DNA of 64,000 bases from Ignavibacteriales bacterium (GTDB taxonomy: Bacteria > Bacteroidota > Ignavibacteria > UBA10030 > SZUA-254), in assembly GCA_016218025.1 (NCBI GenBank), contig JACRFD010000038.1, positions 136,874 to 200,873 on the forward strand, given 5' to 3'. Positions 1 through 8,998 of this stretch are shown piece after piece (positions within the stretch are counted from its first letter, which is position 1; every line of letters begins with the position of its first letter). Made by a program: the position numbers and the translations under genes. The notes beneath the pieces are model-generated. The model worked only from the letters and a program-made list of their open reading frames with translations, was not told the DNA's origin and did not search any database.

Positions 1-5
1 ATCGA

Positions 6-542
6 ATGAAAACTTACATTGCATTATTCAGAGGCATTAATGTCGGCGGTAAAAATTCATTGCCGATGAAAGAGCTTGTTGCCATTCTGGAAAATATTGG
101 CGTCCGTGAAGTCAAGACCTATATCCAAAGCGGTAATGCAGTATTTCAGAGCGATGAAAAAAACTTGCCACAACTCTCCAAGCGACTGACCGCTGAAATC
201 AAGAAGCGTCATGATTTTGAGCCGCATGTTCTTATTCTCAAGTTAGATGCAATAAAAAGAGCAATGACGGAAAACCCATTTCCTGAGGCAGAAGCAGACC
301 CAAGCAGTTTGCATCTTGGTTTTCTTGTCTCTACACCTAAGAATCCTGATCTTAAGAAACTCGAGAGCTTAAAGAAGAAAAGTGAACGGTATTATCTAAG
401 CGATCATGTTTTTTATTTGCATGCGCCTGAAGGGATTGGCAGATCCAAGCTTGCGGCAAGCACCGAAAAATTACTTGGTGTTCCGATGACAGATCGCAAT
501 TGGAGGACTGTGTGCAAAATTATTGAAATGGCAAGCGAGTAA
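6..542 (+). CDS. DUF1697 family protein
   Basis: 178-aa ORF; N-terminal MKTYIALFRGINVGGKN and overall composition typical of DUF1697 proteins; ATG at 6. Confidence 0.6.
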   Translation: MKTYIALFRGINVGGKNSLPMKELVAILENIGVREVKTYIQSGNAVFQSDEKNLPQLSKRLTAEIKKRHDFEPHVLILKLDAIKRAMTENPFPEAEADPSSLHLGFLVSTPKNPDLKKLESLKKKSERYYLSDHVFYLHAPEGIGRSKLAASTEKLLGVPMTDRNWRTVCKIIEMASE

Positions 543-674
543 ATGGCAACGTCCAAATTTTCTAGAGATAAACGAATTATTTTCCGCTAAAATTTGTTCT
601 TTAAGTAAGCATTCTTGCTTTTTCTTCTAAAGAAATATTTAATCAGAATCAAACTTAAAAAGGAGCAAATTAGT

Positions 675-1082
675 ATGGCTACAAAATTATTTGTCAACTT
701 ACCAGTTAAAGACCTCAAGAAAACTATAGCGTTCTTCACCAAATTAGGATTCACTTTCGATCCAAAATTTACGGATGAGAATGCAACATGCATGATAATT
801 GGAGAAAATATTTTCGCGATGCTTTTAGTAGAAAAGTTTTATAAAACATTTACAGATAAAGAAATCTGTGACACTGCAAAAAGCACTGAAGCGATTTTAG
901 CGATAACCGCTGAAAGCAGAGAAAAAGTAGATGAAATGATGAACAACGTTATTTTAGCAGGTGGCATGGAGCCAAGAAAATTACAAGACCACGGATGGAT
1001 GTATGGCCGCAGTTTCCAGGATGTTGATGGACATCTTTGGGAAATCTTTTACATGGATGAGAGTGCCATGAAGCAGGGTTGA
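675..1082 (+). CDS. VOC (glyoxalase/bleomycin-resistance/dioxygenase-like) family protein
   Basis: ORF track begins at 615, but ATG at 675 (MATKLFVNLPVKDLKK...) is preceded by AAAAGGAG; about 135 aa beta-alpha-beta fold protein typical of the VOC superfamily. Confidence 0.55.
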   Translation: MATKLFVNLPVKDLKKTIAFFTKLGFTFDPKFTDENATCMIIGENIFAMLLVEKFYKTFTDKEICDTAKSTEAILAITAESREKVDEMMNNVILAGGMEPRKLQDHGWMYGRSFQDVDGHLWEIFYMDESAMKQG

Positions 1083-1176
1083 AAAATATAATCCTTCCGG
1101 AATGGTTAGTGCCAATTTTGTTTTCTCTTATGTTCTGCTTAATTTAAGTCAAAGTTGACTGAGTAACAAAGCATTA

Positions 1177-1247
1177 CACGAAGGGGCACGAAGAAAAAGA
1201 TTTCACGAAGAACCACGAAGAAAAAGATTTCACGAAGAACCACGAAG
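1177..1247 (+). repeat. 27-bp-period tandem array carrying six CACGAAG heptamers (pairs at 1177/1187, 1204/1214, 1231/1241)
   Basis: Directly visible: aaaaagatttCACGAAGaacCACGAAGa repeated 2.5 times just upstream of the GxxExxY gene. Confidence 0.85.
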
Positions 1248-1249
1248 AA

Positions 1250-1275
1250 TCTCCGTGATCTTCGTATAACAAAAA
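1250..1275 (+). promoter_or_regulatory. Conserved box TCTCCGTGA(N)CTTCGTRTAACAAAAA, copy 1 of 4 (others at 1703-1728, 1912-1937, 2095-2120); contains CTTCGTG, the reverse complement of the upstream CACGAAG heptamers
   Basis: Four near-identical copies; copies 1 and 4 sit 9-14 nt upstream of the start codons of the GxxExxY gene and the AtuA-like gene. Confidence 0.5.
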
Positions 1276-1289
1276 TAAAGGAGGAGAAT

Positions 1290-1661
1290 ATGGAATTTGA
1301 ATCGTTATCGAAGGATGTCCTTGGTGCCGCAATAGAAGTTCATAAACATCTGGGACCTGGGTTGCTGGAATCAGCATATGAAGAATGTTTATCCTACGAA
1401 TTGATGCAAAGTGGATATAAGATCGAGCGGCAGAAACCGATTCCTGTAGTGTACAAAGAAATTAAATTGGAGTGTGGATACAGAATCGATATCCTTGTTG
1501 AAGATAAAATTGTATTGGAATTAAAATCGGTAGATTGCTTTAATCCAGTTCATGAAGCGCAGATACTGACTTACATGAAATTTGCTCAGAAGAAAGTCGG
1601 GTTGTTGATTAATTTCAATGTTGAGCTTCTTAAGAATGGTATTAAAAGGTATGTTCTCTAA
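1290..1661 (+). CDS. GxxExxY protein (PD-(D/E)XK nuclease superfamily, PDDEXK_3 / TIGR04256-like)
   Basis: 123 aa; N-terminal motif GLLESAY (GxxExxY), size and D/E/K core typical of the family; strong RBS AAGGAGGAG upstream. Confidence 0.75.
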   Translation: MEFESLSKDVLGAAIEVHKHLGPGLLESAYEECLSYELMQSGYKIERQKPIPVVYKEIKLECGYRIDILVEDKIVLELKSVDCFNPVHEAQILTYMKFAQKKVGLLINFNVELLKNGIKRYVL

Positions 1662-1730
1662 AATTATTTCACACGAACCATCTCCAAGCAACTCCGTGTA
1701 TTCTCCGTGAACTTCGTGTAACAAAAATAT

Positions 1731-2129
1731 ATGATTGTTGATATTCTCGTGGTTATATCCAGAGAAGAGTGTGGATTCAAGGTTAAAAAATTATTTCACG
1801 AAGGGTCACGAAGAAAAAAAAATAACGAAGAAACACGAAGCATCTCAGTGTAAATTCGTGCCTGTACGCCGGAGTGTTTTCTTGTTTGAGTTTCGGCACG
1901 CAGGTGTGTATTCTCCGTGGACTTCGTGTAACAAAAAAAATATGATTGTTGATATTCTCGTGGTTATATCCAGAGAAGAGTGTGGATTCAAGGTTAAAAA
2001 ATTATTTCACGAAGGGTCACGAAGAATCTCAGTGTAACTTCGTGCCTGCACGCCGGATGTTTTCTTGTTTGAGTTTCGGCACGCAGGCGTGACTTCTCCG
2101 TGAACTTCGTGTAACAAAAAAAGGATTGT
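1731..2129 (+). repeat. Two tandem copies of an approximately 211-bp unit (1731-1941 and 1942-2129); copy 2 lacks a 27-bp CACGAAG-containing segment
   Basis: atgattgttgatattctcgtggttatatccagagaagagtgtggattcaaggttaaaaaattatttcacgaagggtcacgaagaa... appears twice head-to-tail; each unit ends with the TCTCCGTG..CTTCGTGTAACAAAAA box. Confidence 0.9.
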
Positions 2130-3491
2130 ATGAAAAATAAAATCAGAATAGCATCCGGACAAGGTTTCTGGGGAGATCTGCAAACCGCGCCAATGGATCA
2201 GGTATCAAAAGGTCCAATCGATTATTTGATGATGGATTTTCTTGCGGAAGTAACTATGTCCATTATGCAAAAACAGAAACGCCGCAATTCTGAACTTGGC
2301 TACGCGAAAGATTTAGTTCAGATTATCGAACAAATCCTTCCTATCTGCATAGAGAAAAATATCAAGATCATAACTAACGGCGGTGGAGCTAATCCCGAAG
2401 GTTGTCGTGATGCTATTTTCAAGTGTGCAAATAAAAAGGGATATAAGAATCTCAAAATTGCGGCAGTGCATGGCGACGATATACTTCCGAACATCGACCA
2501 ACTTCGTAAGCAGGGAATTCCATTCACAAACTTAGAAAATGGCGCATCGTTCGATTCTATCGGGCATAAAATGTTAAGTGCAAATGTTTACTTCGGCGCG
2601 CGACCGATTGTTGAGGCATTAAAACAAGGCGCCCAAATTGTAATCACAGGAAGAACGACAGATACGTCACTCACTTATGCGCCGATGATACACGAATTCG
2701 GCTGGTCTTGGGAAGATTGGGATAAACTTGCTGCCGGCGTTGTGGCGGGACATATACTTGAATGCGGCGGACAGGCGACAGGCGGAAATTTTTCTGCCGA
2801 CTGGAAATCGGTACCCGATCTTGCACACATCGGATTTCCAATTGCTGAAGCATATCCAGATGGCGAGTTCATTGTTACAAAACATGAGAACACAGGCGGA
2901 CTTGTTTCAGTTGATACGATTACGGAACAGCTTATGTACGAGATTGGCGATCCCAAAAATTATATCACGCCCGATTGTGTTGCCGATTTTTCATCAATAA
3001 AACTTGAACAGGTTGGAAACAATAGAGTTAGAGTATTTGGAGTGAAGGGGAGACCCGATACCGACACATTCAAAGTCTCAATGGCATACGCCGATGGTTA
3101 CACGGCTGTTAGCACGCTAACTTTCACCTGGCCAGATGCGCTGGAGAAAGCGAAGAAGGCGGATGAAATTCTTCGAACGCGCCTCGCCGATTTGGGTTTG
3201 CACTTTGATGAAATACGAACTGAATTTCTCGGTTTGAATTCTTGTCATGGGCACTTGGCTCCAATGCCTGATAAGATCAATGAAATAGTTTTGCGAATTG
3301 GTGTGCGTTCACACGATCATCATGCTGTTGAAAGATTCGGGAAAGAGATCGCACCGTTAATTCTTACTGGACCTCCATCAGTCACCGGATTTGCCGGGGG
3401 CAGACCCAAACCGAGCGATGTCATTGCTTACTGGCCCTCGCTTATTCCCAAAAAAGATATCAATCCGATTGTAACGGTAACGTCAATTTAG
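2130..3491 (+). CDS. AtuA-like protein (DUF1446, acyclic terpene utilisation AtuA family)
   Basis: 453 aa; N-terminal IASGQGFWGD and length match DUF1446/AtuA family members. Confidence 0.6.
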   Translation: MKNKIRIASGQGFWGDLQTAPMDQVSKGPIDYLMMDFLAEVTMSIMQKQKRRNSELGYAKDLVQIIEQILPICIEKNIKIITNGGGANPEGCRDAIFKCANKKGYKNLKIAAVHGDDILPNIDQLRKQGIPFTNLENGASFDSIGHKMLSANVYFGARPIVEALKQGAQIVITGRTTDTSLTYAPMIHEFGWSWEDWDKLAAGVVAGHILECGGQATGGNFSADWKSVPDLAHIGFPIAEAYPDGEFIVTKHENTGGLVSVDTITEQLMYEIGDPKNYITPDCVADFSSIKLEQVGNNRVRVFGVKGRPDTDTFKVSMAYADGYTAVSTLTFTWPDALEKAKKADEILRTRLADLGLHFDEIRTEFLGLNSCHGHLAPMPDKINEIVLRIGVRSHDHHAVERFGKEIAPLILTGPPSVTGFAGGRPKPSDVIAYWPSLIPKKDINPIVTVTSI

Positions 3492-3563
3492 TTTTATATT
3501 TTTATTGCAGATAAGAAAAAAGCCCCAACATGCGAGCTGAGGCTTTCAATTATTGAGGAAAAA

Positions 3564-4541
3564 TTAATTGGCTGACCGACCTGAGGCTTTCAAATTAATA
3601 TCGATGTAAGTCAGGTTGTTCGAATAATCGAATGTGGGAATCCCGCCTGTTCCTTTCGTCGGAATTATTCCACTTATACCATCGAGGAAAAAAGTATTGA
3701 GTGCTATGGTGGGATGACCTGTGCCATTCATTCCATCCAAACTGAATGTTAACCGGTACGTTCCTGCTCCGGCATTCATGTCACGAGTTTTCCAGTTGTA
3801 TCCATAAATAATTTTGCCTGGTATATTTATTTCGGCAGAGTAATAACCTGAACCATCTGCTGCTTCCCACACGCCGCCGTTAAATAACACCGTAGCCGCA
3901 TCTTGACCTTCCCAGATTCCAAGTCCGGGATTCCATATTGCATTCTGAACAACTCCTTTAGGCTGAATCATCTTTTGGATTGTCAGTCTCGCACAGCCGG
4001 AATAAACTGTTGACTTTGTGCTTTGATATGTTGCTGTATTTGTTCCCCACATTTCTGAAGTTCCCTTTCCATACAGCAGTTGCATAGTGAAACCGAGCAT
4101 TGTAGGCCATTCTGTTGTTCCGAGATTTTTAAACAGGACAACCTCAGTTCTTAGAACTGATCCGATTGACCAGTCTTTCGATTCAAGGTTGTCACCCCAA
4201 TCGAATGAATCGACCACGACCTGCGGTCCGGCTGCGGCACTAACTAATAAATTCTCTGCTTGCCATACATTGAATTCATCCTGTTGTAAATACCAATTGA
4301 TACCATCAACCGTTAAATATTTGCCGGTAAAATTCGGAACTCCATATGTTCCTCTCAGAACTTTTGTAGCTCCATCCGACCATATAACCGGGAAGGAGAG
4401 ATTATTTCCGAATACTATCGTCTCACCACCGCCACCTTTCTGTAGCGGGCTGAGTTCTGTGTTCGGTGCAATTTGATCATACGAACATTGTGTAAACAAT
4501 GCTAACCAACATATAATCAAAACTAAGATAAGTTTATTCAT
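3564..4541 (-). CDS. Secreted hypothetical protein (signal peptide, possible lipoprotein Cys)
   Basis: 325 aa, N-terminal MNKLILVLIICWLALFTQCS; Gly/Thr/Asn-rich beta-type composition. Confidence 0.55.
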   Translation of the reverse strand: MNKLILVLIICWLALFTQCSYDQIAPNTELSPLQKGGGGETIVFGNNLSFPVIWSDGATKVLRGTYGVPNFTGKYLTVDGINWYLQQDEFNVWQAENLLVSAAAGPQVVVDSFDWGDNLESKDWSIGSVLRTEVVLFKNLGTTEWPTMLGFTMQLLYGKGTSEMWGTNTATYQSTKSTVYSGCARLTIQKMIQPKGVVQNAIWNPGLGIWEGQDAATVLFNGGVWEAADGSGYYSAEINIPGKIIYGYNWKTRDMNAGAGTYRLTFSLDGMNGTGHPTIALNTFFLDGISGIIPTKGTGGIPTFDYSNNLTYIDINLKASGRSAN

Positions 4542-4783
4542 AATATTTAACCCCTTAAATATTAATTTGAAATTAGTTAATTAGGTGCTTTAGATTGCCC
4601 ATTTGATGTGCAAATGCAAATTACGAATTTTGGATCAGCAAGTCAAGGCATTTTAAATATTTTACGTAATATTTTTTTATTAATCAGAATATCGGATATT
4701 ATAGTGTTAATTAATTGTTTGATAATAACTCAATTTTGTATATTTTGATTTGAAGGTTAAAATATTATTTACAGGTTAATGTT

Positions 4784-5107
4784 ATGAAAATTAAATTAGA
4801 AAATATTTGTCATACCCGTTCAGGTGATAAAGGTGACACTGCCAATATAGGTTTGATCGCTCTTAAACCTGAATATTATCCGATCATAAAAAAATATGTT
4901 ACTGAAGAAAAAGTAAAAAAACATTTCGAAGGTATCTGCCTGGGGAAAGTTGTTCGTTATGAAATGCCCAATCTTAACGCCTTGAATTTTCTGCTTCACA
5001 ATTCGCTCGGCGGTGGAGGAACTGTATCTTTGATGAATGACGCTCAAGGAAAAACACTCGGCAGCGCTTTGTTGAGAATGGAGATTGAAGTAGAGGAACA
5101 AGTATAA
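4784..5107 (+). CDS. Small DUF4387-like protein (domain usually fused or adjacent to AtuA/DUF1446)
   Basis: 107 aa; RSGDKGDTANIG motif resembles the C-terminal module of full-length AtuA proteins; assignment from memory. Confidence 0.45.
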   Translation: MKIKLENICHTRSGDKGDTANIGLIALKPEYYPIIKKYVTEEKVKKHFEGICLGKVVRYEMPNLNALNFLLHNSLGGGGTVSLMNDAQGKTLGSALLRMEIEVEEQV

Positions 5108-5251
5108 AGAAGTAGTATTATTAATATCCAAAGCAAAAAGTCTTTCTGAACGCAATTCATGAATAGTGATTTATTCGCTGTGTTAGTGACCTACACAGCG
5201 GGCCAGAATCGAAGTACCTAAAAAACAACTAAATAAAAACAGGATATAAAA

Positions 5252-6772
5252 ATGCTTTTACATCAGCAATTTGTCAGAATCGCAAAACAGTATGAGAAAA
5301 AACTCGCAATAATAGATCGGACTCTTAACCGTCGTATCACATACAAGCGAGCGCTAATTGGTGCGCTTCTGCTTGCCAAGAAATTTCAAAAATATCCTCA
5401 CGGGTTTTTAGGAATCATGCTGCCGAATTCTGCCGGCTCTATTTTATCAATTTTAGGAACGCTAATGAGCGGGCGCGTGCCTGTTATGATAAATTATTCA
5501 ACAGGCGCCTCAGCTAATTGTGAATTCGCCCAAAAGAAATGCGACTTCAAAACTATTATTACATCAAGAGCGCTGTGTGAGAAAATTAATTGCACGAAGA
5601 TAGAAGGGATGATCTATCTTGAAGACATCATGGAATCAATTTCTTTCATCGACAAGATTAAAGCGGCGATTACTGCGGGTTTATCAGTCGATCAAATATT
5701 AAAAAAAATACATGCAGGTGATGAAGACGATACATTGCTTATTTTGTTCACAAGTGGTAGTGAGAAAGACCCGAAAGGTGTTCAACTAACACACAGAAAT
5801 ATTACATCCAATTACGAAAGCCTTATCAAGGCATATTCGTTTTCGTCTGAAGATATATTTTTGGCAAATTTGCCATACTTCCATGTTTTTGGACAAACGG
5901 CAAATCTTTGGGTACCAATAGCTGTAGGAATGACAATTGTTACGTACGCAAATCCACTTGATTTTAAAGTGGTTTGCGATATTGTTCGAGAAGAGAATGT
6001 GACGCTGATGGCCGGAACGCCAATGTTTTTCTGGGGCTATCTCAGAAATTCAAAACCTGGTGATTTTAAATCGGCAAGAATCCTTCTTTCCGGAGCAGAT
6101 AAATGTCCGGATGCTCTTCGGAAAGGTTTTCTTGAAAAGCATGACAAAGTTTTACTTGAAGCATATGGTACAACCGAAACGAGTCCTGCAATTACTGTCA
6201 ATACTCCTGAATATAATCGTCCCGGAAGTGTGGGACGTCCAATAGACGGTGTTCTTGTCCGAGTGGAAAATTATGAAACCGGTGATGAATGCTGTGTGGG
6301 AGAAATCGGGAAAATTCTTGTTAAAGGTGATAATGTAATGAAAGGGTATTTTGATGATTTTGAACAGACGTCGTTGAGCATTCGTCATGGATGGTACGAT
6401 ACAGGCGATATGGGATATTTGGATGCGGAAGGTTTTCTATGGCATGTCGGCAGACTGAAACGTTTTTTGAAGGTCGGTGGTGAGATGGTATCGCTGATAA
6501 AAGTTGAAGATGTTCTGGAAAAACTTCTGCCGCCGGATATAGAATGTTGCGTTGTCGAAGTTCCTGATGCGATACGGGGAGCCAGGATTGTTGCTGCGGT
6601 TACAAAGCCAATCGATGATAAAATGATTTTTAAGAAAATGTCTGAGCAACTCCCGAAAATATCACTGCCGAGTAAATTCGTTGTAATACCTGAAATGCCG
6701 AAAACAGGGAGTGGAAAAATTGATTTCAGAACTATCACCGAAAAAGTCAGAGATGTGGTTCAGAATAATTGA
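5252..6772 (+). CDS. AMP-dependent synthetase/ligase (acyl-CoA or acyl-ACP synthetase family)
   Basis: 506 aa; AMP-binding motif LILFTSGSEKDPKGVQLTHRN, and YGTTE and GWYDTGD motifs. Confidence 0.8.
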   Translation: MLLHQQFVRIAKQYEKKLAIIDRTLNRRITYKRALIGALLLAKKFQKYPHGFLGIMLPNSAGSILSILGTLMSGRVPVMINYSTGASANCEFAQKKCDFKTIITSRALCEKINCTKIEGMIYLEDIMESISFIDKIKAAITAGLSVDQILKKIHAGDEDDTLLILFTSGSEKDPKGVQLTHRNITSNYESLIKAYSFSSEDIFLANLPYFHVFGQTANLWVPIAVGMTIVTYANPLDFKVVCDIVREENVTLMAGTPMFFWGYLRNSKPGDFKSARILLSGADKCPDALRKGFLEKHDKVLLEAYGTTETSPAITVNTPEYNRPGSVGRPIDGVLVRVENYETGDECCVGEIGKILVKGDNVMKGYFDDFEQTSLSIRHGWYDTGDMGYLDAEGFLWHVGRLKRFLKVGGEMVSLIKVEDVLEKLLPPDIECCVVEVPDAIRGARIVAAVTKPIDDKMIFKKMSEQLPKISLPSKFVVIPEMPKTGSGKIDFRTITEKVRDVVQNN

Positions 6773-6847
6773 AGATATATCTAAGGAAGATCTGAAAAAA
6801 TATTTTGGAGGAATTTGATTGAGAATAATGATTCGTAAGGAAATTAT

Positions 6848-7432
6848 ATGACGAAAAGATGCAGTTGGTGCGGTACTGACGAAATGTATATAGTTTACCA
6901 TGACGAAGAATGGGGAGTACCCATACACGATGATCGGCATCTTTTTGAACTGCTTACGCTTGAAGGGGCGCAGGCAGGTTTAAGCTGGTTGACTATTCTT
7001 AAGAAAAGAGAAAATTATAAGAAGGCATTTCATAATTTTAATATCAAAAAAGTTGCCGGTTATTCTGTGAAAGATGTTCAACGGCTTCTCATGAATTCTG
7101 GTATTGTGAGAAATCGGTTAAAGGTTGAATCAACTATTACTAACGCTAAAGCTGTATTAAAAATTCAGAAAGAATATGGATCGTTCGATTCATATATATG
7201 GCAATTTGTAAATTACAAACCCCGACAAAATAATTGGTCAACAATAAAACAACTTCCTTCTCATACAACTGAATCTGACGCGATGAGCAAGGATTTAAAA
7301 GCGCGCGGATTCAAATTTATTGGTTCAACAATTTGTTATGCATTCATGCAAGCAGTTGGGATGGTGAATGATCATACTGCCGATTGTTTCAGATATAAAG
7401 AAATTAAGAAACTTGTGAAAAAAGCATTGTAG
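6848..7432 (+). CDS. tag: DNA-3-methyladenine glycosylase I
   Basis: 194 aa; CSWCGTDEMYIVYHDEEWGVP...LFELLTLEGAQAGLSW is the canonical Tag signature. Confidence 0.9.
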   Translation: MTKRCSWCGTDEMYIVYHDEEWGVPIHDDRHLFELLTLEGAQAGLSWLTILKKRENYKKAFHNFNIKKVAGYSVKDVQRLLMNSGIVRNRLKVESTITNAKAVLKIQKEYGSFDSYIWQFVNYKPRQNNWSTIKQLPSHTTESDAMSKDLKARGFKFIGSTICYAFMQAVGMVNDHTADCFRYKEIKKLVKKAL

Positions 7433-7519
7433 TTTAGAAGCGTTATACCTTCCACAGTTATTCAATTATTACCTTCACTTTTAATTCATTTTCAGTAAAA
7501 ACACAAAATTAATGTAAAA

Positions 7520-7543
7520 ATATGTCAAATATACTTGACATAT
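7520..7543. promoter_or_regulatory. 24-bp near-perfect palindrome ATATGTCAAATAT/ACTTGACATAT overlapping a TTGACA -35-like hexamer; putative operator for the downstream XRE regulator
   Basis: atatgtcaaatatacttgacatat (one mismatch) about 45 nt upstream of the ATG at 7588. Confidence 0.45.
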
Positions 7544-7587
7544 TGTAAAATATATATTACATTACAAAGTGACTTTTGGAGAAATGA

Positions 7588-7797
7588 ATGAAGACCAGTT
7601 TAAGAAAATACAGATTTGAGCAGGGCGATTTAAGTCAGCAACAACTTGCCGATATGGTGAAAGTCTCTCGACAGACGATCGTAGCGATTGAGCGCGGAGA
7701 CTACAACCTATCAGTGAAGCTTGCGTTGGTACTCGCACATAAACTCAACACAACCGTAGATCAACTATTTCAACTTGAGGAGAAAGATTATGTTTAA
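7588..7797 (+). CDS. XRE-family helix-turn-helix transcriptional regulator (YozG-like)
   Basis: 69 aa; QQQLADMVKVSRQTIVAIERGDYNLSVKLALVLAHKL is a classic Cro/C1 HTH. Confidence 0.85.
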   Translation: MKTSLRKYRFEQGDLSQQQLADMVKVSRQTIVAIERGDYNLSVKLALVLAHKLNTTVDQLFQLEEKDYV

Positions 7798-8473
7798 GAA
7801 AGACAAAATATTCTGGATGGCAACTTTTATTTTTGTTTTGGGAATTGTTATCGCAGGCATAACTCAAAATCAGTTGTGGTTATTTATACTTGTCGGATCG
7901 TATCTCCTCAGACCCACACTAGCTTCGCTGAATATTGGAAGAGAAAGTATCGATGAGCGACAGATGAGTATCCAATATCGCGCTGGAAATATTGCGTTCG
8001 CAGTTATGGTTATTGGATCTATTGTCATATCAATCTGGGAAAGCAGCAGGGGTGATCATAGCTGGGAATTTTTCAATGCTATAGTTATTCTTGGTATCGC
8101 GGCGCGTGCCTTGGCAAATGTTATTCTTATTGGAAATTACCGAGAGTCGGCAACAAAAATAATTATGACAGTGGGATTAATGGTTATACTTTTTGTCACT
8201 CTTGAAAACGGATTTAGTCTGGGTGGTCTTATAGAATCACTCCCAGGGCTGGGTATCGTAGGTGTCGGCTGGTTATCAAAGAAATATCCCAAAACAATTG
8301 GTGGAATAATATTTGTCATAACAATCGCAATGCTATTTCTGATTTTGAGCCGGGGATTTGTTATAGGGCAATTTATTACTGCCGTACTAATTACAGTTCC
8401 CTTAGGTACTGCTGGAATTGGTCTTACTATAGGTGATAGAAGAAAAGACGATTCTGATGATGTGCACGCTTAA
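7790..8473 (+). CDS. Multi-pass membrane protein partner of the XRE regulator (DUF2975/DUF2178-like arrangement)
   Basis: At least 6 hydrophobic helices; ATG 7790 with GGAGG-like RBS, overlapping the regulator's stop; the ORF track's earlier start at 7775 is a TTG. Confidence 0.6.
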   Translation: MFKKDKIFWMATFIFVLGIVIAGITQNQLWLFILVGSYLLRPTLASLNIGRESIDERQMSIQYRAGNIAFAVMVIGSIVISIWESSRGDHSWEFFNAIVILGIAARALANVILIGNYRESATKIIMTVGLMVILFVTLENGFSLGGLIESLPGLGIVGVGWLSKKYPKTIGGIIFVITIAMLFLILSRGFVIGQFITAVLITVPLGTAGIGLTIGDRRKDDSDDVHA

Positions 8474-8509
8474 TCTACTTCTTATTCATTTTTAAAAAAA
8501 AGAGAGACT

Positions 8510-8908
8510 ATGCAAAAAAAACATATCAAAACATTATTCTTATTTAGTGCACTAATTAGCACTTTGTTTTCATCTTGTATTATGCAAGGAATAGAGCCGA
8601 TTCCAGCAGATAAACAATCGTTCATTGGAAAATGGAAATCGGAGGTAGGTATAGAGATAGAAATATTCTCGAAAGGGACTGCCAATATAGTACGTCTTGA
8701 AAATAAAACTGGCACCGAGAAGTTAGATATAAATGCATCCGACCCAACAAATTTCAGAGTCTATTTTCCCAAGGACAGCATCTTGATGTTGATTCAACCA
8801 CAAAACATCGCACGTGAGTATAGAATTGATCGATATCCGACAGGGCTCGATAATAAAGTGACGATGATGCTAAATGGTGTAACGTTGGTGAAAGAAGAAT
8901 CCAAATAA
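8510..8908 (+). CDS. Hypothetical lipoprotein
   Basis: 132 aa; signal peptide ending LFSSC (lipobox-like). Confidence 0.5.
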   Translation: MQKKHIKTLFLFSALISTLFSSCIMQGIEPIPADKQSFIGKWKSEVGIEIEIFSKGTANIVRLENKTGTEKLDINASDPTNFRVYFPKDSILMLIQPQNIAREYRIDRYPTGLDNKVTMMLNGVTLVKEESK

Positions 8909-8998
8909 AAGAAACGGAACAATTTATTGTCTTCAAGACAGTGTTCTATGAAACTTAAACTAATTAACCCAATAATAATTAAAAAGAAAGGAACTCAC

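Noticed and set aside
615-674. Upstream extension of the VOC-family ORF
   Set aside because: Start at 675 has a strong AAGGAG RBS; the extension encodes a low-complexity leader (MLFLLKKYLIRIKLKK).
1177-1247. 27-bp-period repeats considered as a mini CRISPR array
   Set aside because: The repeated element is a 7-mer pair with near-identical intervening sequence; there are no unique spacers and no cas genes.
1735-2037. 100-aa ORF (MLIFSWLYPEKS...) on the + strand
   Set aside because: Runs entirely through the 211-bp tandem repeat units; no RBS (ATG 3 nt after the conserved box); composition unlike a protein. Treated as a repeat artefact.
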